Program-made: the position numbers and the translations under genes | Notes under the pieces: generated by a model | Databases searched by the model: none | The model's input: the letters and a program-made list of their open reading frames with translations, nothing else | Told to the model about the DNA's origin: nothing | In this document: piece by piece, positions 10,922 through 20,602 of the stretch | Numbering within the stretch: position 1 is the stretch's first letter | Layout of the letters: each line of letters begins with the position of its first letter | Assembly (NCBI GenBank): GCA_963721455.1 | Contig: CAVRJG010000015.1 | Coordinates: forward strand, 64,001-128,000 | Direction of reading: 5' to 3' | DNA length: 64,000 nucleotides | From: an uncultured Methanosarcinaceae archaeon | Lineage (GTDB): Archaea; Halobacteriota; Methanosarcinia; Methanosarcinales; Methanosarcinaceae

Positions 10922-11281
10922 TTACTTACTTGCAGAGACAAGTGCACTGATCAGGTTCCGATCTTTCCTAAGGGTTTTGAGCTGGTTTGCAGGCCCTATC
11001 ACTGTAAGTCTCTTGTTGCTCTGTTTTTTGAAAAACTTTCCCAGCAACGAAGAGTCCACATTTGCAGGATAACTTTGCATTTCAATGCCTGAAAATACAT
11101 CAGGCTGGATTGCTGACATTGTCATCTCTATTAGCTTTGCTTCCTCCATAGGGTTCAGGCCTTTTTCAAGAACCAGGATTTTGCCTTTCCGTACCTCATC
11201 AATTATGTATCGGACTTTTTCCATCGAAGCCATCTGAGAAATTCTTGCTTCGGATATCAGATCAAGTTGAATTCCCTGCAT
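10922..11281 (-). CDS. DUF2073 / OapB (ArvB) family protein
   Basis: MEKVR.II..V..G.ILVLE.GL.P.EEA.LIE.TM, F.GIE..SYP, LTVIGPANQL.TL.KD motifs. Confidence 0.88.
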   Translation of the reverse strand: MQGIQLDLISEARISQMASMEKVRYIIDEVRKGKILVLEKGLNPMEEAKLIEMTMSAIQPDVFSGIEMQSYPANVDSSLLGKFFKKQSNKRLTVIGPANQLKTLRKDRNLISALVSASK

Positions 11282-11286
11282 GTCGA

Positions 11287-11928
11287 TCACCCGAACTGTT
11301 TTGCCAGAGCTTCGTAAAACGAATCCATTCCGACCCCATCAAGTGCCGAAACTGGCACCATGGGGTGTTGCGGGAAGGCATCCTTTATGCCGGCTGGGTC
11401 GGAATCAGGAAGGTCTACCTTATTTGCTACGATCAAAAGCGGAAGGTTTCTGGCTTCCATATTTCCTATTACAGTTACGTTGACCTGTGTATAGGGGTTT
11501 TCTGTTGAGTCCATAACCAGTATTACGCCGTCGAGATCATCGAGCCATTTGACAGCTTCAATCACGCCTTCTGTCGCTTCTTTAGATCTTTTCTTCGATT
11601 CGGAGTCACTCATTCCCTGCTCCATGAAGTCATGGAAATCGATTTTTGTGGCAAGCCCTGGTGTATCTACAATGTCAAGGCTAATTGTATGCCCGTTAGC
11701 TTCTATACTTACGGCGTTCCTTCTTTTTGCATGCCTGGTTTCATGGGCGATATGAGATACAGAACCCATCGTTTCGTCGCCTCCTACCCAATCCTTGAGG
11801 ATCCGGTTGCTGAGAGTCGTCTTGCCGGCATTGGGGGGACCGTAGATTCCTATGCATGCTCCTTTTTTCTTAAACAGCTTGTTGAACATTTTTGAAAAGC
11901 TTACCTTAAATCGTTTTATCATATTCAT
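11287..11928 (-). CDS. Era-like small GTPase OapA/ArvA
   Basis: IGIYGPPNAGKTTL.N.I..DW, HETR, DTPG, EATEGV.EA..WL, P..QVN....G..E.R.LP, NKVD. ATG 11928 follows GGAGG. Confidence 0.88.
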   Translation of the reverse strand: MNMIKRFKVSFSKMFNKLFKKKGACIGIYGPPNAGKTTLSNRILKDWVGGDETMGSVSHIAHETRHAKRRNAVSIEANGHTISLDIVDTPGLATKIDFHDFMEQGMSDSESKKRSKEATEGVIEAVKWLDDLDGVILVMDSTENPYTQVNVTVIGNMEARNLPLLIVANKVDLPDSDPAGIKDAFPQHPMVPVSALDGVGMDSFYEALAKQFG

Positions 11929-12626
11929 AGCTTCCCTCCATTGGGATAAGCATAACACCTAAGGATTTCTCGGATTGCTTTCCTGTATGGGTTGGTATTT
12001 ACAGTAATTTTTTATCTATTGATCCATACATATAAATAATTTCTATTTGTTAGACTGAGGGAATCGAGGGAAATTGGAGAGGTTTCTTTCTCCTTTCCGG
12101 CATACCTGGATATAATTAGAAAACTTCGGATCCTTTCTATGGTAAAATAGAAATTGCCTTCGTGGAAATAACACCAGGATATAAATAAATTACTTTTTAT
12201 CGCCCTTTTCCCTGATTAGATTAATAAAAAACTTTTTATAAAGAAGGTTTTCAGATCTTCTTTAACTCTTTTCATTTGTATTAAATTTTTTATATATGTA
12301 CTGATGTTCTATACTTTCCTTTATATCTTTTCCTATTTTTATTCATTGACTCTTAAAAATATAAATTGTTTTTCTTGATGACAGACTTTTCGTATCCTGC
12401 TCATATAATTATCTCTTTGTGGCCTTTTACAGATTAGTTTCCCAATATAAATTTCAAGATATCTCTTGAGCAACTCAGGGCATTGAAAAACCTATTATCC
12501 CGGATTTAAGGTCTTAGCTATATATTTAATTTTTTTATTACTTTAAGGATATTTTGCTTTAAAAGAAATATTTCTTTATCTTTTCTAATTGCGGAGTACT
12601 TCTGATTTCTCCAGCAGGATATCTAT

Positions 12627-13622
12627 TCATTTGTCCCGAATTGCCGAGTTTATCGCAATTTCGGCTATATTGGAGCCGAGGTCTCCTATTCTGGATAGGC
12701 TGTCTACAACTGTTCCGAGTGAAATCATGATTTCATGTGATTCCAGTTTTAGAATAGATGCATGTAATTCCTCTACCTGTGCGCGCATATTGTCAACACT
12801 ATCTATTACCTGATTGGCAAGAGAAGTGTCGGCATCAAAGAGGGCCTCTACTGACTGCTTTACCAGCTCCATGTAAGCGTTATTGAGCGTTTCGATGTCT
12901 TCTATTACATTATCATTAACAGGCGGCTGCATTTTTGAAGCAACATTTGCTATTCTTTGTGCGTGGTCTGCTATCCTTTCCAGTGGGCTTGCCGCCATTC
13001 TAAACTCATGGTATTCCTCTATACTTGTTTCTGCGGAATCCGGCATTCTCCCGCCGCAGAGAATAGAGCGGAACTGCTTGGAAATCAGGAGGCACAGCCT
13101 GTCAACCTCGTCATCTCTCTGACTAACATCAAGTGCAAGGTCGTGATCGACAGTTTTAAGGGCTCTTACTGCATCCTTTTGCATGGATCCTGCAATAAGG
13201 AACATCCTGTGTACACCTTTTTTGATCGAAAGCTCATCTGGGTTAAGGAGATCCTGGATAACCACACAACTTGAGCTCTCTTCAATAATTTCGGGGCCTA
13301 TCAGTTTGTAGCAGACCTTCCGGATCACCTTTTTCTGTTCTGCAAGTATTCTTTTTGATGAAAACTCGATCCTGTCGTATCCATAGAGATATGCAGCAAT
13401 GATATCTCTCTCCAGTGCTTTTACTTCACGGCCGGTCACATCAATTCTTTTGGTTTTGATTACTCGCTCTTCCAGAACAGGGTCTATCAGTAGTTTTCCG
13501 TCTGGCCGCGCTTGGAGGGAAACCCTCATGCCGGTTTTGATTCCCACTTTTTCGGCCCATTGTTTTGGAAGGGAAATGATGTAAGTGGATCCGCCTGTCT
13601 GCTGTACTTTTCTGGTCTCTAT
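12627..13622 (-). CDS. phoU: phosphate uptake regulator, AbrB/SpoVT N-terminal domain + PhoU domains; apparent ATA start
   Basis: The frame extends 25 codons upstream of the tracked GTG and reads IETRKVQQTGGSTYIISLPKQWAEK, the family N-terminus. The PhoU motifs RDDEVDR and LERIADHA are present. Confidence 0.85.
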   Translation of the reverse strand: METRKVQQTGGSTYIISLPKQWAEKVGIKTGMRVSLQARPDGKLLIDPVLEERVIKTKRIDVTGREVKALERDIIAAYLYGYDRIEFSSKRILAEQKKVIRKVCYKLIGPEIIEESSSCVVIQDLLNPDELSIKKGVHRMFLIAGSMQKDAVRALKTVDHDLALDVSQRDDEVDRLCLLISKQFRSILCGGRMPDSAETSIEEYHEFRMAASPLERIADHAQRIANVASKMQPPVNDNVIEDIETLNNAYMELVKQSVEALFDADTSLANQVIDSVDNMRAQVEELHASILKLESHEIMISLGTVVDSLSRIGDLGSNIAEIAINSAIRDK

Positions 13623-13692
13623 ATTGATTCCCCGTTTTTGGTTAGAACTGCTAAGTCCGAGATTGGTAATATTTACTCATATTTTTATAATA

Positions 13693-13736
13693 ATTCCTGG
13701 CTAATATTTAGAAGTGATTCCTGGCTAATATTTAGA
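13693..13736. repeat. 20-bp perfect direct repeat (24-bp period) in the phoU/aroK divergent promoter
   Basis: ATTCCTGGCTAATATTTAGA at 13693-13712 and 13717-13736. Confidence 0.85.
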
Positions 13737-13889
13737 TATACTTTTTCGATATACGCAGCATTCAACTTTACTATTTATATTTGTGGATTCCTTTTTTGTG
13801 AATAAGTTACGGAACATGCAATTCAGGGTATTTTAGATCTGCTCTGGAAACAAGTAGCAAAAAATATTAAAGAACAGCGCATTCTGGGC

Positions 13890-14774
13890 GTGATGACACT
13901 TGAAGGGCACGCCTGCGCATCGGGAGCAGGAACCATAATAAACGCCATAGCTACCTGGAAGGGTGCAGCATTCGGGATAGATTTAAAGACTTTTGCAAAG
14001 GTTGAGCTTTCAGAAAACGAAATAGGGATTTCGGGTTCCATCGAAGAGGCGCCTGAAGGAGATGCCCGCCTTATAGAGCGCTGTGTTGAAATGGCTCTTG
14101 AAAGGTTCGGGCTTGAACTGGGCGGCACGGTAAGGACGAAAAGTGAAATCCCTGTGGCAGGCGGGCTCAAGAGCAGTAGTGCCGCAGCAAACGCTTCAGT
14201 CCTTGCAACCCTCCGTGCGGTTGGTGAGACTCTTCCGCCTCTTGAGATCGTGAAACTCGGGGTAAAAGCTGCAAAAGAAGTAGGTGTTACTGTAACAGGC
14301 GCCTTTGATGATGCATGTGCTTCTTTCTTCGGAGGGATTGTGGTTACTGATAACAGGAAAATGGAACTTCTCAGACGTGAAGAAAAAGAATCAAAGGTCT
14401 TGATATTTGCCCCTGCCAGAAGGGCTTTCAGTGCGGACACGGATGTGAAACGCTCCCGGCTCATCGCCCCCTATGTGGAAATCGCATACGGTCTTGCCCT
14501 TGAAGGTGACTACGAACAAGCCATGACGCTAAACGGTTTCCTCTACTGTGGGGCTCTTGGCTTTGATACGGAACATATGCTTCGAGCTCTCGAATGCGGG
14601 GTAAAAGGGGTGAGCCTGTCTGGAACCGGCCCTTCCTATGCAGCACTTGTGAGGGCAGAGCAGGTAAAAGAGCTGAAATCTGCCTGGGAAAGCTGTGGGA
14701 TGGAAGGCAGGGTTATAGAAACCTCTATAAATAACAGAGATGCAATGTCTTTATACAGCGAGGGGTCCACTTGA
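13890..14774 (+). CDS. aroK: archaeal shikimate kinase (GHMP family)
   Basis: GAGTIINAIATWKGAAFGI, GLKSSSAAANA, VTGAFDDA, LSGTGPS motifs. Confidence 0.95.
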   Translation: MMTLEGHACASGAGTIINAIATWKGAAFGIDLKTFAKVELSENEIGISGSIEEAPEGDARLIERCVEMALERFGLELGGTVRTKSEIPVAGGLKSSSAAANASVLATLRAVGETLPPLEIVKLGVKAAKEVGVTVTGAFDDACASFFGGIVVTDNRKMELLRREEKESKVLIFAPARRAFSADTDVKRSRLIAPYVEIAYGLALEGDYEQAMTLNGFLYCGALGFDTEHMLRALECGVKGVSLSGTGPSYAALVRAEQVKELKSAWESCGMEGRVIETSINNRDAMSLYSEGST

Positions 14775-15058
14775 GTGAACTTAAAACTGTCCGCAAAGAA
14801 ATTGAGGAAATCGATAGGGAAATTCTTGCCCTTATAGATCGAAGAGTAAGTCTGGCCGAAAAAGTGCTTGAATCAAAAAGAATAAATGGAACTTCGATAA
14901 ATGACCGTAAACAAAATGAGGTTGTAATCAATAGGGCCTTAAATGCCGCAACCGAACTCAACCTTGATGTGGGCTCTGTAAAGGATATTTTTGAGATTCT
15001 TATCAGGATGAGTATAGAACGCCAGAATGAGTTAAGTGGCAAGGGAAACTTGCCCTGA
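14771..15058 (+). CDS. monofunctional chorismate mutase (AroQ type)
   Basis: L..VRKEIEEIDREIL.LI.RR..LA..V...K; overlaps the aroK stop. Confidence 0.9.
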   Translation: MSELKTVRKEIEEIDREILALIDRRVSLAEKVLESKRINGTSINDRKQNEVVINRALNAATELNLDVGSVKDIFEILIRMSIERQNELSGKGNLP

Positions 15059-15078
15059 CTGCCTAAGAGGAGCTAAAA

Positions 15079-15480
15079 ATGGTTGATATCTCAGTAATTA
15101 TGGGTTCCGAATCCGACAGGTTAATCGCCAATCGTGCGACATCTGTGCTTGAAAAGAGCAAATACACTTACGAAGTAATGGTTATTTCCGCTCACAGGAA
15201 CCCGACCGAACTTGACAGCTACATCTCAAGCACCGACGCAAAGGTCTTTATCGCAATTGCAGGTTTATCGGCAGCTCTTCCAGGCGTTGTGGCCTCCAGG
15301 ACGAAAAGGCCTGTAATAGGAGTCCCTGTAAGTGCAAAACTCGGCGGGCTTGATGCTCTTCTCTCCATAGCCCAGATGCCTCCGGGGGTGCCTGTCGGAA
15401 GCGTAGGAATCGATAATGGGGCAAACGGCGCATATTTTGCCCTGAGAATTCTGGATTTAATTGACATCGTCAAGGCTTAA
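15079..15480 (+). CDS. purE: N5-CAIR mutase / AIR carboxylase
   Basis: [38 protein letters not shown] motifs. Confidence 0.95.
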   Translation: MVDISVIMGSESDRLIANRATSVLEKSKYTYEVMVISAHRNPTELDSYISSTDAKVFIAIAGLSAALPGVVASRTKRPVIGVPVSAKLGGLDALLSIAQMPPGVPVGSVGIDNGANGAYFALRILDLIDIVKA

Positions 15481-15725
15481 AGAATCCTATTAAAGATTAA
15501 ATGAATCTAAAGATTAAATGAATCCTATTAAAGGCTTAAAACATCAATAAATTTACTATGTTCTGTGGGCTTCACCTCTGGAACCTTTTTTTCAAGCCAT
15601 ATCAATTATTCACCTCCTGTTCAATCTTGAATTATTCGATTATCTTTTCTTATCAGGCATAGCTTTGTTAATCAGATGCGAAACGGAATCAGGCTGAGTT
15701 GCAGTGTAAAGGAAAAGTGTTAGGA

Positions 15726-15795
15726 TAGGAAAAGTAGGGTTAGGAAAAGTAGGGTTAGGAAAAGTAGGGTTAGGAAAAGTAGGATTAGGAAAAGT
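15726..15795 (+). repeat. 15-bp tandem repeat (TAGGAAAAGTAGGGT) about 4.7 copies
   Basis: Three perfect copies at 15726-15770, one copy with a single mismatch, then a partial copy. Confidence 0.9.
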
Positions 15796-15802
15796 TAGTG
15801 TT

Positions 15803-15845
15803 GGGGATAGGGCATCTGGGTATTGGGAGTGTGGGGAGTTGGGGG
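15803..15845 (+). other. putative G-quadruplex motif (six G-tracts)
   Basis: GGGG-ATA-GGG-CATCT-GGG-TATT-GGG-AGTGT-GGGG-AGTT-GGGGG. Confidence 0.65.
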
Positions 15846-16198
15846 ATAAAGTGTTGGCTGAGGTTTACAACAGAAATAGATTTTTCCCAGATGCCCTACT
15901 TATAAATATGCGAGGTATTATATAATAATAAGGATATGCGGTGGCTTGGGGGCGAACTTTTCCCAGTACTCTTATTTTTTGAGAAAGACCTTTTAAATCA
16001 GACCTTACGTTGGTAAATCCGGATTCAAGCTTGAAAAACCATATGAATGACAGAAATCAAAAATCAAAAATAAGAAAAATAAACTAATAAAAAATAAAAA
16101 AATAAAAAAAGTAAGAAGATGTTGCTTTGAAGAATTGCAGTGTTTTTAAACTCTGAAATGAATATAAATGTCTGTTTACCAGGACGCCTCCTTGAAAC

Positions 16199-16876
16199 TC
16201 AGTTTTTGTCGATGAGTTTTGCTTCCAGGATCTTTAAGGAGCCAATGTCACCCTGCCATTCAATTTCGCTTTTTACAATTTCAATGCGCTTTTTAAAGAA
16301 GGGGGCGTCAAGGACGACAGTCTCGTATTCTCCGCCTTCTCCGGCCATGTGAACCATATATCTGCGGTTCAGGGCTTTGAGATTTTCGATTGAGTTTACA
16401 TTTATAGGGCGACCCAGCCAGGATTTATCGAGGCCATCGGCTGCAACCTTGACAATCCGGATATCGAGCACTTTTGCCATCTCATTGAGCAACCCTTCAG
16501 GGTCTCTATGCCAGAGAGGGGCATAGACCTTAAGCCCCAGGGAGTCACAGATCTTTTGCACTCTACCTGCCTGATACTGAGATTCAATAGCGCCTACGGA
16601 CACCCCATCTACATTTACTTTCTTGAGGGCGAGGGTCAGGTCATCCAGTTCAAGTTCCTTTATTCCGCTGGACTGCTGCTGGATCAATGGGATTTCACAG
16701 GCGGCAGAAATTAATTCTACCATGTGGAGGTTGATGGAATGGTACATGTAGGAATCTTCCCTTGCGGGAATGATATTAATCAGGTGGGTGACTTCATGCC
16801 CTTCTTCAAGGGCCTTGTATATGGCAAAAATCGAGTCCTTGCCACCGGAAACCAGTGCTGCGAGTTTCATCTGCAT
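16199..16876 (-). CDS. dph6: diphthine--ammonia ligase (Dph6) family PP-loop ATPase
   Basis: SGGKDS, SYMYH, GAIES.YQ, PLW, GEGGEYET.VLDAP.F motifs; close to dph5. Confidence 0.85.
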   Translation of the reverse strand: MQMKLAALVSGGKDSIFAIYKALEEGHEVTHLINIIPAREDSYMYHSINLHMVELISAACEIPLIQQQSSGIKELELDDLTLALKKVNVDGVSVGAIESQYQAGRVQKICDSLGLKVYAPLWHRDPEGLLNEMAKVLDIRIVKVAADGLDKSWLGRPINVNSIENLKALNRRYMVHMAGEGGEYETVVLDAPFFKKRIEIVKSEIEWQGDIGSLKILEAKLIDKN

Positions 16877-17195
16877 CCCTTTATGTTTTACTATCTTTTT
16901 CGTACGTCAGCGTTATACTGCGTGGATCATTATGTAATATTTTTATGTAACTATTCAGCCGGGGAAAAACAACTTCAATAGCCATCTTTCATAAGATTCA
17001 GTGGGCAAATTTCTCTGAATTAATTTCCGTTAATTGTTGATTATTGATTGCGTTTTTTATTTTTTCATTGGTTAGTAATCACATTTATCTGTGACGTTAA
17101 AATCAATATCAATCAACTGATCTCGGGGAGGTTGGATAGTTACTATTTTATATCCTTTTTGACTTTTCAGCATATTATCTTCGGTATTCGCAATT

Positions 17196-18095
17196 TCAGC
17201 ACCCTTTCTCCAGCTTTCCGAAATTGGCTTCATAACGGACTGTCATTTCTTCCCAGGTGGGAAGGCCTGTCTGGCAGCCCCGGGTCTCTACAGCAAAAGA
17301 GGCTACCGTTGACCCTACTTTTCCGCATGTGGAAATAGTGTATCCTCTTGCAAGGGCTAGAAGGAAACCAGCCCTGTAAGCATCTCCTGCTCCCGTAGGG
17401 TCTACAGCTCTGACAGAAACTACAGGAATCGTAAATTCTTCTTTACCGTCATAGATTCTGCTGCCTTCTGCATCGTATGTGACCACGATAATGTCAATCA
17501 TGGCCTTGAGTTCCGAGAAGCTTTTTCCGGTCATCTCCGAAACTCGCCTGATTTCGTATCGGTTCGCAAAAAGGATATCAGTATGAGCAAGGATGAGCTC
17601 AAGGTTTTCTTTTGAATATGTAACAAGATCCTGGCCAGGATCAAAAGATACGAAACCTGCAATTTGTGCGATCTTTGCATTATAGACGGAATCTGCGGTT
17701 GCAAGATGGACAAAATCCGCAGGCTCGGGTTCTAATTCTTTGAATTTTGAAGAGGCTCCCCAGTAAAAATAGGTTGTCTGGTTGTCTTTCCTGTCCGTGA
17801 AAATGAACGCCTTGGAAATTTTCCGGTCCTCGATCCGGTAGAGGCGGGAAAGGTCAACTTGCGCGTCTTTAAGGAGTTTCTCATATCCCGAGCTTGCAAA
17901 ATCCGTACCCACAGGGGAAATCAGCTGGCTCTTTCCCCCCAGCTTTGCGATGGCAACCGCAATATTGGCAGCCCCTCCACCAGGGTATTCTTCATAGTCA
18001 ATGACAGGGGACGATTCGTTTTTTCCTGCGATTTTTTCAACATCTACGATGTAATCAAGGGCCGTGTGCCCCACGATGGAAATTACTCTGTCCAT
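17196..18095 (-). CDS. PfkB-family carbohydrate/nucleoside kinase
   Basis: PGGGAANIA, FDPGQ, DPTGAGDAYRAG motifs. Confidence 0.92.
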   Translation of the reverse strand: MDRVISIVGHTALDYIVDVEKIAGKNESSPVIDYEEYPGGGAANIAVAIAKLGGKSQLISPVGTDFASSGYEKLLKDAQVDLSRLYRIEDRKISKAFIFTDRKDNQTTYFYWGASSKFKELEPEPADFVHLATADSVYNAKIAQIAGFVSFDPGQDLVTYSKENLELILAHTDILFANRYEIRRVSEMTGKSFSELKAMIDIIVVTYDAEGSRIYDGKEEFTIPVVSVRAVDPTGAGDAYRAGFLLALARGYTISTCGKVGSTVASFAVETRGCQTGLPTWEEMTVRYEANFGKLEKGC

Positions 18096-18346
18096 GTAGT
18101 GTCCTCTTTTTTCGTGGGTTCTGGGGAAGCTCAGGGTCTTTAAGGTTGGATATGTCTTTAAAAGTCAGGTAAGCACGCAGGAAAAATAAAAAATACTTTT
18201 TTGCTGGCGTCTATCGATAACATACGTTCTCTTTTCAGCCGTGTGCCTTTTTAAGCCCTGCCTGAATGAAATTACAGGCATAACCAACCCAGCATCCTGC
18301 CTTCTTCTATTAAGGTATTTTTACAGGTTTTCAGGAGAAAATCTAT

Positions 18347-18736
18347 TTATTTACTTGCTTTGCTCTTCTGCTGCTGTTCACCCTTCTCGCCTGACCGTTC
18401 AAATTCGGTCACTTCGACAACTGTTAATGGAATATCCCTGAGGGATTTACCTATCACGGATTTTGCTATCCTTTCCGCATGCTCTGCAGATTCGGCATCA
18501 AAAACCTTCATCTCAAAAATAAGTCCTACAAGAGCGGTGTTTGCTGCTATAAAAACACTGCTGAAAGGCTCACCGCATGCCGGGCAGGACGTGGTTCCCA
18601 CGTCGACCTCTACAAAATCCAATTTAGGGTTCAGGCGCTTTCCAGCCTCAGAAATTGCGACTCCTATAGCGTCGTCAGCCGTCTTTACGTCTCTAACCAA
18701 CCAAGCTGCTTCAAGTACCACATGGAAGTTTTTCAT
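18347..18736 (-). CDS. DUF555 / UPF0212 protein
   Basis: V.LEAAW.V.DV...[33 protein letters not shown] motifs. Confidence 0.88.
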   Translation of the reverse strand: MKNFHVVLEAAWLVRDVKTADDAIGVAISEAGKRLNPKLDFVEVDVGTTSCPACGEPFSSVFIAANTALVGLIFEMKVFDAESAEHAERIAKSVIGKSLRDIPLTVVEVTEFERSGEKGEQQQKSKASK

Positions 18737-19012
18737 TATTGTCCACCGTAATTATTCAATTATACGCATTTTCAAGAATATTTCCCGATCCGGAAAAGTT
18801 TCTACAGAATTTAAAGAATAGAATAAAGTATATAAATTGTTTCTGCTTCAACTAGAATAGTATAGACTTTACTTTTTATATGGTTTTTTAGTTAAGCTTT
18901 TAATTTTTAGTTCTGCAATTTTTCATCCTTCTATTTAAGGCCTCTATGCTTTCTCCCTGACATCAGGGTTCCGACATTTTTGTTTTTGACTTCCTTTTCT
19001 CTTTTTCCTTTT

Positions 19013-19303
19013 TCATATGGTAAAAAGAGTTTCGTCATCTACTGCAAAAACCCCGAGTTTTGCTCCCGCGTCAAGCCAGGCATGACCATAGCTGAAAGAG
19101 GCCAGGGCATTTACAGGGTCTTCGTTTTCCAGAAAATACACCCCGTCTTTGTAATAGGCTTCTGCCATTACATAATAATCCTTCGCAACGGCATACATGT
19201 GGGATCCCTGGATAGGGGCGTATTTTGCTTTCTGGAGTGCTCTTTTTAACATATCTTCATATCTTTTGACCTTTTCATTCAAATCTGCAGGCATTTTGAT
19301 CAC
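19013..19303 (-). CDS. DUF357 protein
   Basis: MAEAY.KDG.YF....D.VNALASFSYGHAWLDAG motif. Confidence 0.9.
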   Translation of the reverse strand: MIKMPADLNEKVKRYEDMLKRALQKAKYAPIQGSHMYAVAKDYYVMAEAYYKDGVYFLENEDPVNALASFSYGHAWLDAGAKLGVFAVDDETLFTI

Positions 19304-19336
19304 CAGGAAGGAGGTTAGCAGTTTTATTCTTTTTCA

Positions 19337-20137
19337 TTATTCTGCCTTTTCCATAAACCCTATTGGGCCTCGTGCAAGTTTCACAAGCGCCTCAGCTTCA
19401 AGAAAGTGCAGTTTTCCGGGAATTACGAGGATATGGAGAGGTTTTCCAAAATCGAAATCCTTTAAGTTTTCTGCATAGTCAGCTTTCACAGTCGGTTTTT
19501 CCGAGCCTGCCCTGGCGATTCCTACTGCAGCAGTTCCGTGCATAACCTCCTCTCCCCTTTTTTCTTCAACCTCCAGGAGAAGCTCAAGTGCAGTATTTAT
19601 GGTCATATAGCCCTTTTCTTTATCTATATCCAGAAACACGATAGTATGCAGGCCAAGTCCGGAGTTTTGTTTTATAATGTCATAAGGAGTTTCCGAGATT
19701 ATTCTTGTGCCTCTCCTGCTTTCATAGGGGTGAGGAATGCTTGCGGATTTCCCGAAGCGATAGTTCTGCAGCCCTGTAAGCCCCGAAACGGCCGAGGCAA
19801 TGGAAGCTCCATGAATCAGGTGAGTTTCTATCCCCAGCTTTTCGGCTCTCAGGCGCAAATCTACATGGGTTGTTGAGATCATTGTATCTCCGCCAGTCAG
19901 GAAGCAAATATTCCTGTCTTTTGCTTCGTTCAGCCAGTCAGGATGCTGTTCCACATCCTCTCTTGAAAGCAAAATAACTCTTTTTCCGTAGAGCTTTTCC
20001 ATTCTTTCAAGGTTCGTACCCATGAGACAGGATGTGTAGAACTCCGCATAAACCAGGTCAGCTTCCCTGACAGCCTCAAGTCCTTTTAAAGAAATATCGT
20101 ATTCGTCAAAAAGGCCCAGACCTATAAATGTGAGCAT
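19337..20137 (-). CDS. dph5: diphthine synthase
   Basis: MLTFIGLGL, AEFYTS, GD.M..TTH.DL, GLQNYRFG, GLHT...LDI motifs. Confidence 0.95.
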   Translation of the reverse strand: MLTFIGLGLFDEYDISLKGLEAVREADLVYAEFYTSCLMGTNLERMEKLYGKRVILLSREDVEQHPDWLNEAKDRNICFLTGGDTMISTTHVDLRLRAEKLGIETHLIHGASIASAVSGLTGLQNYRFGKSASIPHPYESRRGTRIISETPYDIIKQNSGLGLHTIVFLDIDKEKGYMTINTALELLLEVEEKRGEEVMHGTAAVGIARAGSEKPTVKADYAENLKDFDFGKPLHILVIPGKLHFLEAEALVKLARGPIGFMEKAE

Positions 20138-20300
20138 AGCCCGCTTTAGGAACCTTGTTGGCTTAAAGCTTTTTGTTCAGGCATGTCCAATATATTACGT
20201 CTTTATTTTCCTGATTTACGGATACGCTTAACTTATTTATATCTAGGAATTAATACTACGGATGAGCTTAAGATTGCAGTTTTTAGAGGTAGTTTTTATC

Positions 20301-20543
20301 ATGGTTAAAGTTACGCTTATCCACGCCAGCTGGTGCACTGTCTGTCCGGCAGCTCGCAGACTCTGGAAAGGCCTGAAGTCCGAGTATGACTTTGAGTACG
20401 AGGAAATAGATGCGGAAACTCCAGAGGGCCAGGCGTTGATTGATAAATATGGCATATTTGGGGTTCCTGCAACTATTATTGACGGGGAGGTAGTTTTTAC
20501 AGGCCTTCCGAAAAAAGCCGATGCTATCGCCCGTATTAACTGA
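20301..20543 (+). CDS. thioredoxin (WCTVC), partner of the adjacent NTR
   Basis: WCxxC motif, KYGIFGVP, GAGGT RBS, directly upstream of trxB. Confidence 0.88.
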   Translation: MVKVTLIHASWCTVCPAARRLWKGLKSEYDFEYEEIDAETPEGQALIDKYGIFGVPATIIDGEVVFTGLPKKADAIARIN

Positions 20544-20602
20544 ATTTATTCCAGGAATTTGCACTTTTTCGAAAACCGATTTTTCTAATTCAGGAGGCAA
20601 GT

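Noticed and set aside
11960-12620. AT-rich 660-bp gap next to oapA as a replication origin (oap genes flank oriC1 in haloarchaea)
   Set aside because: No cdc6/orc1 gene and no repeated ORB-like TCCAGTGGAAAC boxes; only one weak TTCGTGGAAATAA.
15726-15795. Telomere or CRISPR interpretation of the 15-bp repeat
   Set aside because: Head-to-tail repeats without spacers, internal to a chromosomal gene region.
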